The notes under the pieces were generated by a model. It made no database searches, was not told where the DNA came from, and saw only the letters and a list, made by a program, of their open reading frames with translations. Made by a program: the position numbers and the translations under genes. DNA of 64,000 nucleotides from Dictyostelium discoideum (lineage: Eukaryota). Each line of letters begins with the position of its first letter. The first letter of the stretch is position 1. Shown one piece after another: positions 23,798-37,447 of the stretch. Location: contig CM000155.2 of NCBI GenBank assembly GCA_000004695.1, positions 2,336,001-2,400,000 on the forward strand, read 5' to 3'.

Positions 23798-24466
23798 TAA
23801 TTAATTTCAAATAATAATAACACTAATAATTATTTATTTTAAATTTAGAGAATTTTTCATTTAATTGCAGATTCAGAAGAAGAGATGGAATTATGGATAA
23901 CAGAAATTACAGAATTTTTTAATGATGATATAAATGATTTAAAGAATCAATTGAGTAATATAACAAAATTAAAAACAGAGAAAAAGAAATATGACACAAT
24001 CACAAAAAATGCAATTAAAGCAAAACGAGTCGAAGAGTATGATTTAGAAAAATTACAATTAGTATTCAAAGGTGAAAGATTATCATTATTAATTAAAGAT
24101 CCTCAAAGATCTTTTTCAATCTCTAAAAATAGTAATGGTAATGATATTTTATTAGATGATAGTGCATTATCACCAAATTCTCTAAATGGTAATAATAACA
24201 ATAACAACAATAATAACAACAATAGTTCAGGACCAACAACTCCAACTTTAATATCAATTGATGCTTCAAATATAACTACTACTACAACAAATGTAATATT
24301 ACCATTATCAATATCCACAACCACCAATATCACTACTACTACTGAACAACCTCAAACTCCAAGAACTCCAAAACCTACACCACCACCAAGAAGAGATATA
24401 ATAACAACTAAAGTTTGTGATGAAGATGACGAAGATGATGATAGTGGTGAACTTGAACAAAATTAA
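23312..24466 (+). CDS. PH-domain protein with N/T-rich C-terminal tail; 3 exons: 23312..23503, 23635..23742, 23849..24466 (~305 aa)
   Basis: The PH core KYGYLKKLGGKGISKNWKKRFFILTKSGIFYYFKHRT is split by two AT-rich introns with GTGAGT and GTAATT donors. It ends with the typical C-terminal helix EEEMELWITEI. The start follows the ORF track; my own count placed the ATG 1 nt earlier. Confidence 0.7.
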
Positions 24467-24777
24467 AAAAAAAATTTCCAAAAAAAAAAAAAAAATATAT
24501 GGAATCAATTTATTTTTAGAAAATAAATAAAATTTAACACCTGTACATATTATGATATAATTAAAAAAATAAAATAAAAAAAAAAAAAGATTAAAATAAA
24601 AATAACATCACTTTTTTTTTTTTTTTCTATTTACAAAGATTTATTGGAACCAAGTATTTGTTTTTTTGTTTTTTTTTTTTTTGTTTTTTTTTAATTATAC
24701 TTTTTTTTATCATATACTTTCCAAAATATTATTTATATTATGAAAATTTTTATACTACTACTTTTTGTTTTTTGTTA

Positions 24778-24814
<37 letters not shown>

Positions 24815-24816
24815 AT

Positions 24817-28286
<3,470 letters not shown>

Positions 28287-28646
28287 TTATTTTTTTTTTT
28301 TGTTGTTTTAATATACAAATTTATTTTTTATTCAAATTTTATTTTTATTTATTTGTTGATTTTTTTTTTTTTTTTTTTTATGTATTTAATTTTTATAAAT
28401 TGTACCCAAATAAAAATAATTAGTTATATGTAAGAGAAAGCGTGGTGTGTAAAAAAAAAAAAAAACATAAAAAATAATTTTTTAAAGTTTTATTTTTTTT
28501 TTTTTTTTTTTCGAAAAAATATTTTTAAAATTTATTTTTTTTTTATTTTTATTTTTTTTATTTTTGAAACGCTTTTGGAAGGAGAAAAAAAAAAAAAAAA
28601 AAAAAGGTCAAAAGATATTAATTATTTTTAAAAAAATTATTTTAAT

Positions 28647-28681
<35 letters not shown>

Positions 28682-29115
28682 AATAAAATAAAAATAAAAA
28701 TAAAATTAATTAATAAATAAAAAATAAAAATAAAAAAAAACTGCATTTTTAATCAAGTTAATATCCTAATCGTGTGTTTTGGAAAAAAAAAAAACCCCTT
28801 TATTTCTTTATTAATTCCTTTACCCCATAACTAAGGTTTGGTATTTTATATTTTTTTTTTTTTTTTTTTTTGGATCAATTCTTAAACAAACTTTAAAATT
28901 TTTTTATTTTTTTTATTTTTAGTAGTTGGATATTTTCCCCTAAAGATTTTAACTATCTTACCAAAATTGTTTATTTAATTTAGAGGAGTTGAAATATGTC
29001 TTTTAAAGATTTAAGTGTTTTTTTTAGGAATTGATCCTGTGTTTTTTGTAAAAAAATAATTATTTTAAATTTTTTTCAATTTTTTTTATGCAATTCATCA
29101 TGAGAAATCATCAGA

Positions 29116-29187
29116 TCCTCTTTGGTGTAGTCGGTAACACTCTAGTCTCTCACACTGGTACCCCGGGTTCGATTCCCGGAAGGGGAG
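29116..29187 (+). tRNA. tRNA-Glu (anticodon CTC)
   Basis: The sequence is TCCTCTT-TG-GTGT-AGTCGGTA-ACAC-T-CTAGT-CTCTCAC-ACTGG-TACC-CCGGG-TTCGATT-CCCGG-AAGGGGA-G. Positions 34-36 are CTC. The TTTTTT terminator is at 29190-29196. Confidence 0.85.
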
Positions 29188-29217
29188 GTCTTTTTTATCC
29201 GGTCACCATTAGATCAA

Positions 29218-29229
29218 GGGTTCAATTCC
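29218..29229 (+). promoter_or_regulatory. Ex-B box downstream of tRNA-Glu
   Basis: GGGTTCAATTCC (B-box consensus GGTTCGAATCC) lies about 30 nt 3' of the tRNA end. Confidence 0.45.
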
Positions 29230-29239
29230 ATATAAAATC

Positions 29240-30693
29240 AAGTCTTACCAACTATCAAAGATCATCCTTAGTACTATGGAAAACCACTGACTCAACAATC
29301 AAAACCAAAACCAACATCCTCAAAGCATTCGCACTCTCTAAATTAACCTACTATTCATATGTAGAGAACTTTAAGGAAGAGGAATTAAACCAAATCAATA
29401 AATTAGTCGAATGGTTTTTATCGGCACCAAACAACAAAAATGCTAGTGGATTTCAAGTTATTAATTTAATGAGAACCAAAAGAGCAAGATACCCACTAAA
29501 AGTAGGGGGCTGGAACATTTGGAATATAGAATTGAGACAACTGGCGCAGAAACTTTGGATCATAAACCAGTTCATCCTAGCACTAGAAACCAAACAAACA
29601 AACTCATCTCATCACAAAAGCTGGGAATATCAGATCCAAAAAAACAAATTCACATCCAGATACCTAAAAGAAAACTTAGACGAATGGAACAAAATAAGAA
29701 TAAAAAAAGCAATCTTCAACAATAATCTCACATCCATAAAAAACGAAAATGGACAACCACTTTCACTGGCAGAATGGTATACCACAATTCAAGACCAAAA
29801 TCCAACCATCCCTAAAACGGAATTCCAATCATCTCTAAACTTAAGAGGCTACAGCTATAATCAACTCTTCAACAACATACTGAAGATAAAAGACCCTAAA
29901 ACAAGAGACACAATGTTTAGATTCCATGCCAGATGCCTTCCAATAAACTACCTTCACAACAAACAATGCCCACTCTGCAAAGAAGATATGAGCAAAGACC
30001 CATACGGTCACCTGTTCTTCTCATGCAAGAAAACAAAACAATTCATAAAAATAAATAAACTCAAAAATTTCATCTATATTACCACAGGCAAAGGTAAAAA
30101 CTGGCACCATACAAGAATTAGGCAAAATAACAATTTCATTAATAGAATAACTCCAAAATTATCACCGACAGCCAAAAAAGATCAAGAAGTGAATGCAGAT
30201 TACGCCAACCACAGATTCCACAAAGAATACTTTGAATGGAACTATAAAGCAATAGACTATGATCTAACCAGATCATTCGCATATAGAAACCTAATGGCCC
30301 TTATCCTCCACAACATTTGGATTTGGATTTGCAATCAAATATACAGTGAAGATCCTTTAACAGATGAATCACTATCATACAGCTCCCTTCTAAAGAAATG
30401 GCACAAATTGGCCACTCTAGAATACATCAAAAAAGCAAAAGATCTGAAAAACTTATCAGCAAAAGACCATAATAACTTCAAAGATCCTAAGATCCTTCTC
30501 ACTTCAACGATCAAGCTAAGAAAAACAACAGCTAATTACTATTGTATTCCAGAATCATCTCTCCCAAATATTATATCTTTTGATCAATTCATATGATTAA
30601 AATAACCCTTCAGCTTAAATGATAAGCCTTTAAATAAATATTAAATAAAACTCGTATTAACACAGATGGACATATATCAATCTTGTTAATCCA

Positions 30694-30725
<32 letters not shown>
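29240..30725 (+). mobile_element. 5'-truncated TRE3-type non-LTR retrotransposon fragment (~1.4 kb of ORF2 C-terminal region, 3' UTR, A29 tail) inserted downstream of tRNA-Glu
   Basis: The 502-aa track ORF starting at 29088 spuriously reads through the tRNA. The real homology is the RT C-terminal region plus ...TMFRFHARCLPINYLHNKQCPLCKEDMSKDPYGHLFFSCKK..., which is homologous to the 4864-5817 element. The stop is at 30596, followed by a ~100-bp 3' UTR and then A29 at 30697-30725. The 5' boundary is approximate. Confidence 0.6.
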
Positions 30726-30960
30726 TTACTCAATTGACTTCATTTCAAAATTGTAAGATTGATTGATTCAATTGTTTAGAGACTGTCAAAAGAGTAAAAT
30801 CCCTCATACTTTACATAGTAAATGGAAACTGGCCACTTTAGATATAAAAAATGCAAAAAATTCAAAAGCAATTCTCTCAAAAGATCCAAACAATTTCCTT
30901 AAACAAATAGTTAAAATAAGAAAATTAATAATAGTTAATTTATTGTTTTCCTAGAATTAG
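30726..30960 (+). mobile_element. Second, shorter TRE3-like 3' fragment stacked directly behind the first (different subfamily)
   Basis: The ORF at 30763..30954 reads ...KWKLATLDIKNAKNSKAILSKDPNNFLKQIVKIRK, which aligns to the C-terminal end KKWHKLATLEYIKKAKDLKNLSAKDHNNFKDPKILLTSTIKLRK of the preceding element. Its 3' sequence differs. Its end is unclear; a (TA)14 run lies at 31049-31078. Confidence 0.4.
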
Positions 30961-31041
30961 TGCTTCCAAATATAGTCCCTTCGACCAATTCATCTAATAT
31001 TAAAACTATTAATTATTGTTTAAACACTGAGTAATCAATAT

Positions 31042-31081
<40 letters not shown>

Positions 31082-31391
31082 AATTGGAAAGCTCGATTAA
31101 ATAAAAACCACAAATTATTAATAAAGCCATTTATGGTAAACAATATTTAATGCAAAAAAAAAAAATTGGAAAATGGGAATTAAAATAAAAAAAAAATAAA
31201 AAAATATTTACTCGTTTTTTTTTTTTCGTTTTTTTTTGAATTAATTTTTTTTTAATTTTTTTTTTTTTTATTATTTTTATTTTTATTTTATTTTTTATTT
31301 TTTTTTACTTTTTTTTATTTTTATTTTTATTTTTATTTTTCTTTACTTTTAGGAAAAAAAAAACCCATATATATTTTCATACAAAAAAAAA

Positions 31392-34300
31392 ATGGTAAAA
31401 CCAAATAATGTAAAAATAAAAAATAAAGGAAATTTAAAGAAATCAAATGAATCACAAAATGATTATATGAAAGGTAAAAAATTGGAAACAAAATCCTATC
31501 AAAAAGCATTATTATCAAAAAATAGTAACAACAACAATGATGGAGCACAAGCAAAACGTTTGAAAAAGAAAGAAGAATTTAAAAAGAAATTAGAGAAACG
31601 TCAAAACACCATTGTAATTAAAGATAAATTAAAAGAACCATCAACATTTTTAAAAGAGGATCAATCATTTTTCGATCAAAATATATTCAATGATCAAGAT
31701 GATTATAAACATCAACAAATGAATCGTATTAATATTAATGAAAATTTTGAAACCAATTTATTCGGTGATATGATGAATGAATTTGATGGTGATTTAAATG
31801 AAGATTTAGATCTATTAGACTACAATGACGAAGTAATTGATAATTCAAACTTTGATAATAATGGTGACCAATTCAATAGTGAAGATGAAGAATTTTATGA
31901 TGATGAAAAACAAGCTAAAAAATCAAATAAAAATAAAAATGCAGATGCAGATAATAAAAAATCAAAAAAATCAAATAAAAAAGAAGAAATTGAAAGTAGT
32001 GAAAAGTTTGAATCATTTCCAATGGATGAAAATAATGAACAAGAGGAGGAAACAACTAGTAAAAAGAAAAAGAAGACTGGTGGTTTCCAATCGATGGATT
32101 TAACAAAGAATTTATTGAAAGCAATTTTAAAGAAGGGTTTTAATGTACCAACACCAATTCAACGTAAATCAATTCCAATGATTTTGGATGGTCATGATAT
32201 TGTTGGTATGGCAAGAACTGGTTCTGGTAAAACTGGTGCATTTGTAATTCCAATGATTCAAAAGTTGGGTGACCATTCAACAACCGTTGGTGTTAGAGCA
32301 GTTATTCTTTCACCAACTCGTGAGTTGGCAATTCAAACATTCAAAGTTGTTAAAGACTTTTCACAAGGCACTCAATTACGTACCATTTTAATCGTTGGTG
32401 GTGATAGTATGGAAGATCAATTCACAGATTTGGCTCGTAATCCTGATATTATCATTGCCACACCAGGTCGTTTAATGCATCATCTCTTAGAGACTGGTAT
32501 GTCATTATCAAAGGTACAATACATTGTTTTCGATGAAGCTGATCGTTTATTTGAAATGGGTTTCAATGAACAACTCACAGAAATTCTATCAAAACTTAGT
32601 GAAAATCGTCAAACACTTTTATTCTCTGCAACTTTACCATCACTATTGGTAGATTTCGTTAGAGCTGGTTTAAATAATCCAAAATTGATAAATTTAGATA
32701 CAGATACTAAAATTAGTGAAAACCTTTCATTATCTTTCTTTACTTTACGTCATGAAGAAAAATTAGGTGTTTTATTATTCCTCTTAAAAGATATAATTTA
32801 TAAAAAACCACAATTACCAACAACAGAAACAACAACAACAACAACAACAAATAATGAATCAAATCAACAACAACAAAAGAAATCATCAACAATTATATTT
32901 GTATCAACAAAATATCATGTCGAATTTATTCATATTTTATTAGAACGTGCTGGTATTGCATCGACTTATATTCATGGTTATTTGGATCCAGTTGCAAGAA
33001 AGATTAATTTAGCAAAGTTTCGTTCACATCAAGTTGGTGTTATGGTTGTAACAGATTTAGCAGCACGTGGTATTGATATTCCATTATTGGATAATGTTAT
33101 CAATTTCGATTTTCCACCAAAAGAAAAGATTTTCATTCATAGGGTTGGTCGTGTTGCTAGAGCTGGAAGATCAGGTATTGCCTATTCATTGGTATCACCT
33201 GATGAGGTTCCCTATATGATTGATTTACATCTTTATTTGGGTAGAAAGTTTTTAAATAAATTCCAATATGAAGGTCAAACAATCAATGATCCAAAATACT
33301 CTTTCTATGGTACAATTCCACAAACAATCATTGATCGTGAAACTGAATTTGTAAATGTTCAACGTAAAGAATGTATAGAGTTACTTAGTCTCACCAAAAC
33401 AATTCACAATGCTCACAAGAAATATTTATCAACTCGTCCTGGTGCCTCTCATGAATCAAATAGACGTGCCAAGCTAATGGATAAATCAAAATATCATCCA
33501 ATGTTAAGTGATCATTTGAATTCAAACGATCAAATTAGAAATGATTTCATTCAATCTTTGAAATCATTTAGACCACCACAAACCGTTTTGGAATTGGATG
33601 CTAGAAAAAATAATGTTCAAGTTTCAATCATGAAAGATAAAAGAAAAGTTCATACAAACGTTATCGAATCTCAACAAAAGAAATTATATCTTCAACAATC
33701 TGAAACAAATTTAGGTCCTGAAAATGAAGAATTTGATTATTCAAAATTAGATACAAGAAAAAGATTATTACAATTAACTGAAAATATTACTGAAGAAATG
33801 TTAAGAAGTAATAAATCAAATGATAATAATGATAATAATAAAGATATTAAAATGAATGAAAATGATGATGAAAATGATGATGATGATGAAGAAGGTGAAA
33901 ATGATGATGATGAAGAAGAGGAAAATGAAAAAGATGAGGATGATGAAGAAGATGAAAATAAAAATAAATTTAATATTAAAATTGAATCATCAGATAAAAA
34001 TGATAATAATAAAAAGAAATTAAAATCAAGATCATCATCAAGAGATCCAAATTTCTTTATTTCAGCAACACCAGAAAATTTAATTCAAGAGAGAGCAATG
34101 TCAATTTCAAATAGATTCACTAAAGATGATGAAGTTAATTTAGTAGCCGATACTGATAGAAAACAAAAGAAATCAATGGTTTGGGATAAGAGAAAAGGTA
34201 AATTCGTTAGTAGTCAAGCCGATGCTGATAGAAAGAATTCAAAGAAATTGGTTCGTAATGAAGCTGGTAAATTGGTTGAAGCTAAAAAGAGTCATAAAGG

Positions 34301-34667
34301 TTACGAAGAATGGAAAAAGAAAACTCATGGTAGAATTCAAAGAGTTGGTGAAGATGAAAACTCTAAATATCAACCAAATCAAAAAGAATATCTTCCACAA
34401 AAATGGAGAGGACAAGGTAGAGAGAAAGAAAAGAAAGATAATAAAGCTTCCCATGCTAAAGGTTCTCATGGACTTAAAGGTAGACCAAGTGAACTTAAAG
34501 ATAAAAATCAAATTTCAAAGAATCGTTCAGAGAAAGAGAGAAAGATGAGAGTAAACAAAACAAAAGGTAATCCAAAAGGTTCAAAATCTAAATCAGGCGG
34601 TGGTGGTGGTGGTAAAGGTTCCAAATTTGGTTCTGGAAAATCAAAAGGTGGAAAAAGTCGTAAATAA
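31392..34667 (+). CDS. ddx54: DEAD-box RNA helicase DDX54/Dbp10 ortholog (1091 aa, single exon) with acidic and K-rich C-terminal extension
   Basis: The Q-motif is GFNVPTPIQRKSIP, motif I is MARTGSGKTGAF, motif II is VFDEADRLFEMGF (the diagnostic Dbp10 variant), SAT is present and motif VI is HRVGRVARAG. A long C-terminal domain precedes a KKK/GGGG tail. Confidence 0.9.
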   Translation: MVKPNNVKIKNKGNLKKSNESQNDYMKGKKLETKSYQKALLSKNSNNNNDGAQAKRLKKKEEFKKKLEKRQNTIVIKDKLKEPSTFLKEDQSFFDQNIFNDQDDYKHQQMNRININENFETNLFGDMMNEFDGDLNEDLDLLDYNDEVIDNSNFDNNGDQFNSEDEEFYDDEKQAKKSNKNKNADADNKKSKKSNKKEEIESSEKFESFPMDENNEQEEETTSKKKKKTGGFQSMDLTKNLLKAILKKGFNVPTPIQRKSIPMILDGHDIVGMARTGSGKTGAFVIPMIQKLGDHSTTVGVRAVILSPTRELAIQTFKVVKDFSQGTQLRTILIVGGDSMEDQFTDLARNPDIIIATPGRLMHHLLETGMSLSKVQYIVFDEADRLFEMGFNEQLTEILSKLSENRQTLLFSATLPSLLVDFVRAGLNNPKLINLDTDTKISENLSLSFFTLRHEEKLGVLLFLLKDIIYKKPQLPTTETTTTTTTNNESNQQQQKKSSTIIFVSTKYHVEFIHILLERAGIASTYIHGYLDPVARKINLAKFRSHQVGVMVVTDLAARGIDIPLLDNVINFDFPPKEKIFIHRVGRVARAGRSGIAYSLVSPDEVPYMIDLHLYLGRKFLNKFQYEGQTINDPKYSFYGTIPQTIIDRETEFVNVQRKECIELLSLTKTIHNAHKKYLSTRPGASHESNRRAKLMDKSKYHPMLSDHLNSNDQIRNDFIQSLKSFRPPQTVLELDARKNNVQVSIMKDKRKVHTNVIESQQKKLYLQQSETNLGPENEEFDYSKLDTRKRLLQLTENITEEMLRSNKSNDNNDNNKDIKMNENDDENDDDDEEGENDDDEEEENEKDEDDEEDENKNKFNIKIESSDKNDNNKKKLKSRSSSRDPNFFISATPENLIQERAMSISNRFTKDDEVNLVADTDRKQKKSMVWDKRKGKFVSSQADADRKNSKKLVRNEAGKLVEAKKSHKGYEEWKKKTHGRIQRVGEDENSKYQPNQKEYLPQKWRGQGREKEKKDNKASHAKGSHGLKGRPSELKDKNQISKNRSEKERKMRVNKTKGNPKGSKSKSGGGGGGKGSKFGSGKSKGGKSRK

Positions 34668-35824
34668 TTTAATTCCAAAAAAAAAAAAAAAAAATCAAAG
34701 GGATGTCAAAACCACTCAAAAATACAATTAGTTTTGCAAACCAAAAAATAAAAAATAAAAAAAAAATCTTAAAAATAATTTCTATGGAATTTCATAATGG
34801 TAATCAGAAATGATTCTTTTTAATATTAGTATTTTGTTTTTTTTTTTAATTATTTTTGCTGAGTTCGATAATGCGATATTTGTTGCTTCTCCTTGAGATA
34901 CTTACTTACAACAAAGAAACTTCACTCTACATCAATAACCAACTATCAAAACCCTTCGTCTCCAAAAGAGTTACTAAAAACTAAGTGAGAGTCCTCATTG
35001 CTTACAAATTTTTAATTTTACCATTTTAATAATAACCATATTATCATTTGATCTGTATTGAATTCCCCTCAATGCTATCAATTCGAAAAATTACTTTTAC
35101 TAAAAAAAATTTTTAAAAAAAGAGGGGTAGTTTGTATGAGCAATTGTTTTTGTCCTTCCCCAAGCTTTACCCTTTTTTTCAAAAAAAGAGTAAAGTGGCC
35201 CTCGTACTTCATAAATTTATTATTTTAACATCTTGATAATAACGATATAAATCATTTTATTGGCCTTGAATTCTTCTATTTATTTTTTTCGACACTCAAC
35301 TCATTATAACCCACTAATAGGGGACAGCAAAATCTTCAACCACTTGGACATATCAATAACATCCAACACAATTGTCATTTTATATAAATAAAAATGAAGA
35401 AAAAGAACAAATTCAATCACGAGAAAGTAACCATCCAAATCCATAAAAAACAAAAATAAATTAACTGAAAAAGTCCAAGCAGCCATATGGTTTAAAACGA
35501 GATTCTGACAACAAAAACTAATCAGAATTAGTACCTGAACAATTTGACCAAGATTTGTTTATCCCCTCAATTCCAGACCAGAAAGTAATTTTAAAATCTT
35601 TTTACTTTCCAAACCATCACTGTTGTTGGTTTAAATACTTGGATGGATTTACCAATCTTACTCTTTTTTAGTTATTTTTATTATATTTACCAAAAAAAAA
35701 AAAAAAAAATTCTTTAATTGTAAGGAATAGGTTTTATTAGTTCTTTTTAATCTCTAGAAAAAAAAAAAAAAAAAAAAAAACAAAAATAAATAAAAAAATT
35801 TTAAAATGAATTAAATAAATTTAT

Positions 35825-36750
35825 TTATCTTAATTCTGGATGATTTTTAAAGTCAGATGAAAGGGATTGACCACGAGCAATACCTTGGATTAAGAAATTC
35901 ATATCAACAATTTTAGTGACGAGACGGCTGCCAATGGTGAAAAGTGAACTATCTCTCCAAGTGAGTCTACCAACACTACGAATTAAAATGTCAGCAACTG
36001 AATCTGGTGTATCTGAAATTGCATGGAAGAATTTGAAGAATGAAAGTTTTGGTTGATTATCATAAAAGTTTGTTTGGATTGGTCCACTTTGTAAACTGAT
36101 AACATCAATACTATTTTTGTTTTTTAAAAAAAAATTATTAGTAATTTGAAATAATATTTTTATTATAATTATTATTTTTATTATTACATACCCATAATTA
36201 TAACATTCGATTGCTAATGAAGCAGCAAATGATTGTAAGAAAGCTTTACCACCACCATAACTGCTACAACTTGGAGCTGGGAAGAAAGCAGATTGACTTG
36301 AAGTAAAAGTAACACAACCCTTTAATCCCTTTTCAACCATATTTGATACAATGTAATGAGTGAGTTTAACATGTGACATCATATTGCATTCTAAGTTGAC
36401 TAATTGTTTTTCTAAAGTTGAACGGAAGAATGCTGATAATTGGATGTAACCTGCATTGTTGATTAAAATTTGAACATCGATATCTTTGATAGCTGCTTTA
36501 ATGATTGGCATGTAATCATATTCATGATCAGCTCTACCTAAATTAACACCAACCTTTCTAAATTCAACCTTTGGGAATTGTTTTTTTAATGATTCAAATG
36601 CACCTTGTAAAGTTTCATCATCAAGTGCAACTAAAACAACATTTAAACCTTGTGCAGCTTTATAATTTTAAAAAAATTAAAAAAAATTTTGTTAATATCT
36701 TTTTTTTTTATTTTAAATAAATAAATAAATAAATAAATAAAAAATAATAA

Positions 36751-36806
<56 letters not shown>

Positions 36807-37073
36807 AAATAAATAATAATAAAAAGAAAAAACAATTTTTTTAAAAAAAAAAAAAAACATACCTAATTTTGTGGCAACGGCTCTACCAATGCCAGATGAG
36901 GCACCTGAAACTAAAGCCCATTTAGCATTATACTTTTGTTTTAAGTTTTGATCCTCAAATTTGAAAGCAGCTAAAATAACTGGAACAAGATAACTGAAAA
37001 TACAAATGAAACCAGCTAAAAAGATTGACCAATAAATTAAAGATAAAAACATTTTATACTTTGTTGAAATCAC
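35825..37073 (-). CDS. Short-chain dehydrogenase/reductase with N-terminal TM anchor, HSD17B12 / very-long-chain 3-oxoacyl-CoA reductase-like; 3 exons: 37073..36863, 36657..36192, 36110..35825 (~320 aa)
   Basis: Exon 1 has a hydrophobic anchor plus GASSGIGRA (TGxxxGxG). Its donor is GTATGT. The 205-bp intron 1 carries an (AAAT)n repeat. Exon 2 has NNAG and the catalytic YGGGK (YxxxK). Its donor is GTATGT and the second intron is 81 bp. Phases close, and the total is divisible by 3. Confidence 0.75.
36713..36835. repeat. (AAAT)n / (ATTT)n microsatellite inside SDR intron 1
   Basis: A direct read of the sequence shows the repeat. Confidence 0.85.
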
Positions 37074-37075
37074 AG

Positions 37076-37109
<34 letters not shown>

Positions 37110-37447
37110 GAGCACTGACGAAAATATAAAAAAAAAAAAAAAAATAAAAAAAAATTGAAAAAAATCAATTAAGATATTTTAATTATGATTGATTATTTTA
37201 AATCCATTGCTAATAAAAAAAATAAAAAAAAAAAAATTAAAAAAATCAATAAAAATTATCTTTGTTAAGATTTAATCCTTTGTTATAAAAATAAAAATGA
37301 AAATAAAAACAAAAAAAAAAATTAAAAATAAAAAAAAAAATAAAAAAAAATAAAAATAACATTAAAAACATTTTTTCGTTCGTTTTTTTTTTTTTTTTTT
37401 AATTTTTATAAAAATTCCTGAACAAAACCAATAAAAAAAAAAAAAAA

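Noticed and set aside
29088-29250. The N-terminal ~55 aa of the 502-aa track ORF (MQFIMRNHQILFGVVGNTLVSHTGTPGSIPGRGG...).
   Set aside because: This segment is the tRNA-Glu gene and its ex-B box read as protein. The retroelement frame simply has no stop across it.
31837-34548. Internal same-strand and opposite-strand ORFs inside the DDX54 gene (31837-32103, 34222-34548 +, 34239-34511 -).
   Set aside because: They are K/R-rich or F/L-rich shadow frames of the lysine/glutamate-rich helicase tail and have no independent support.
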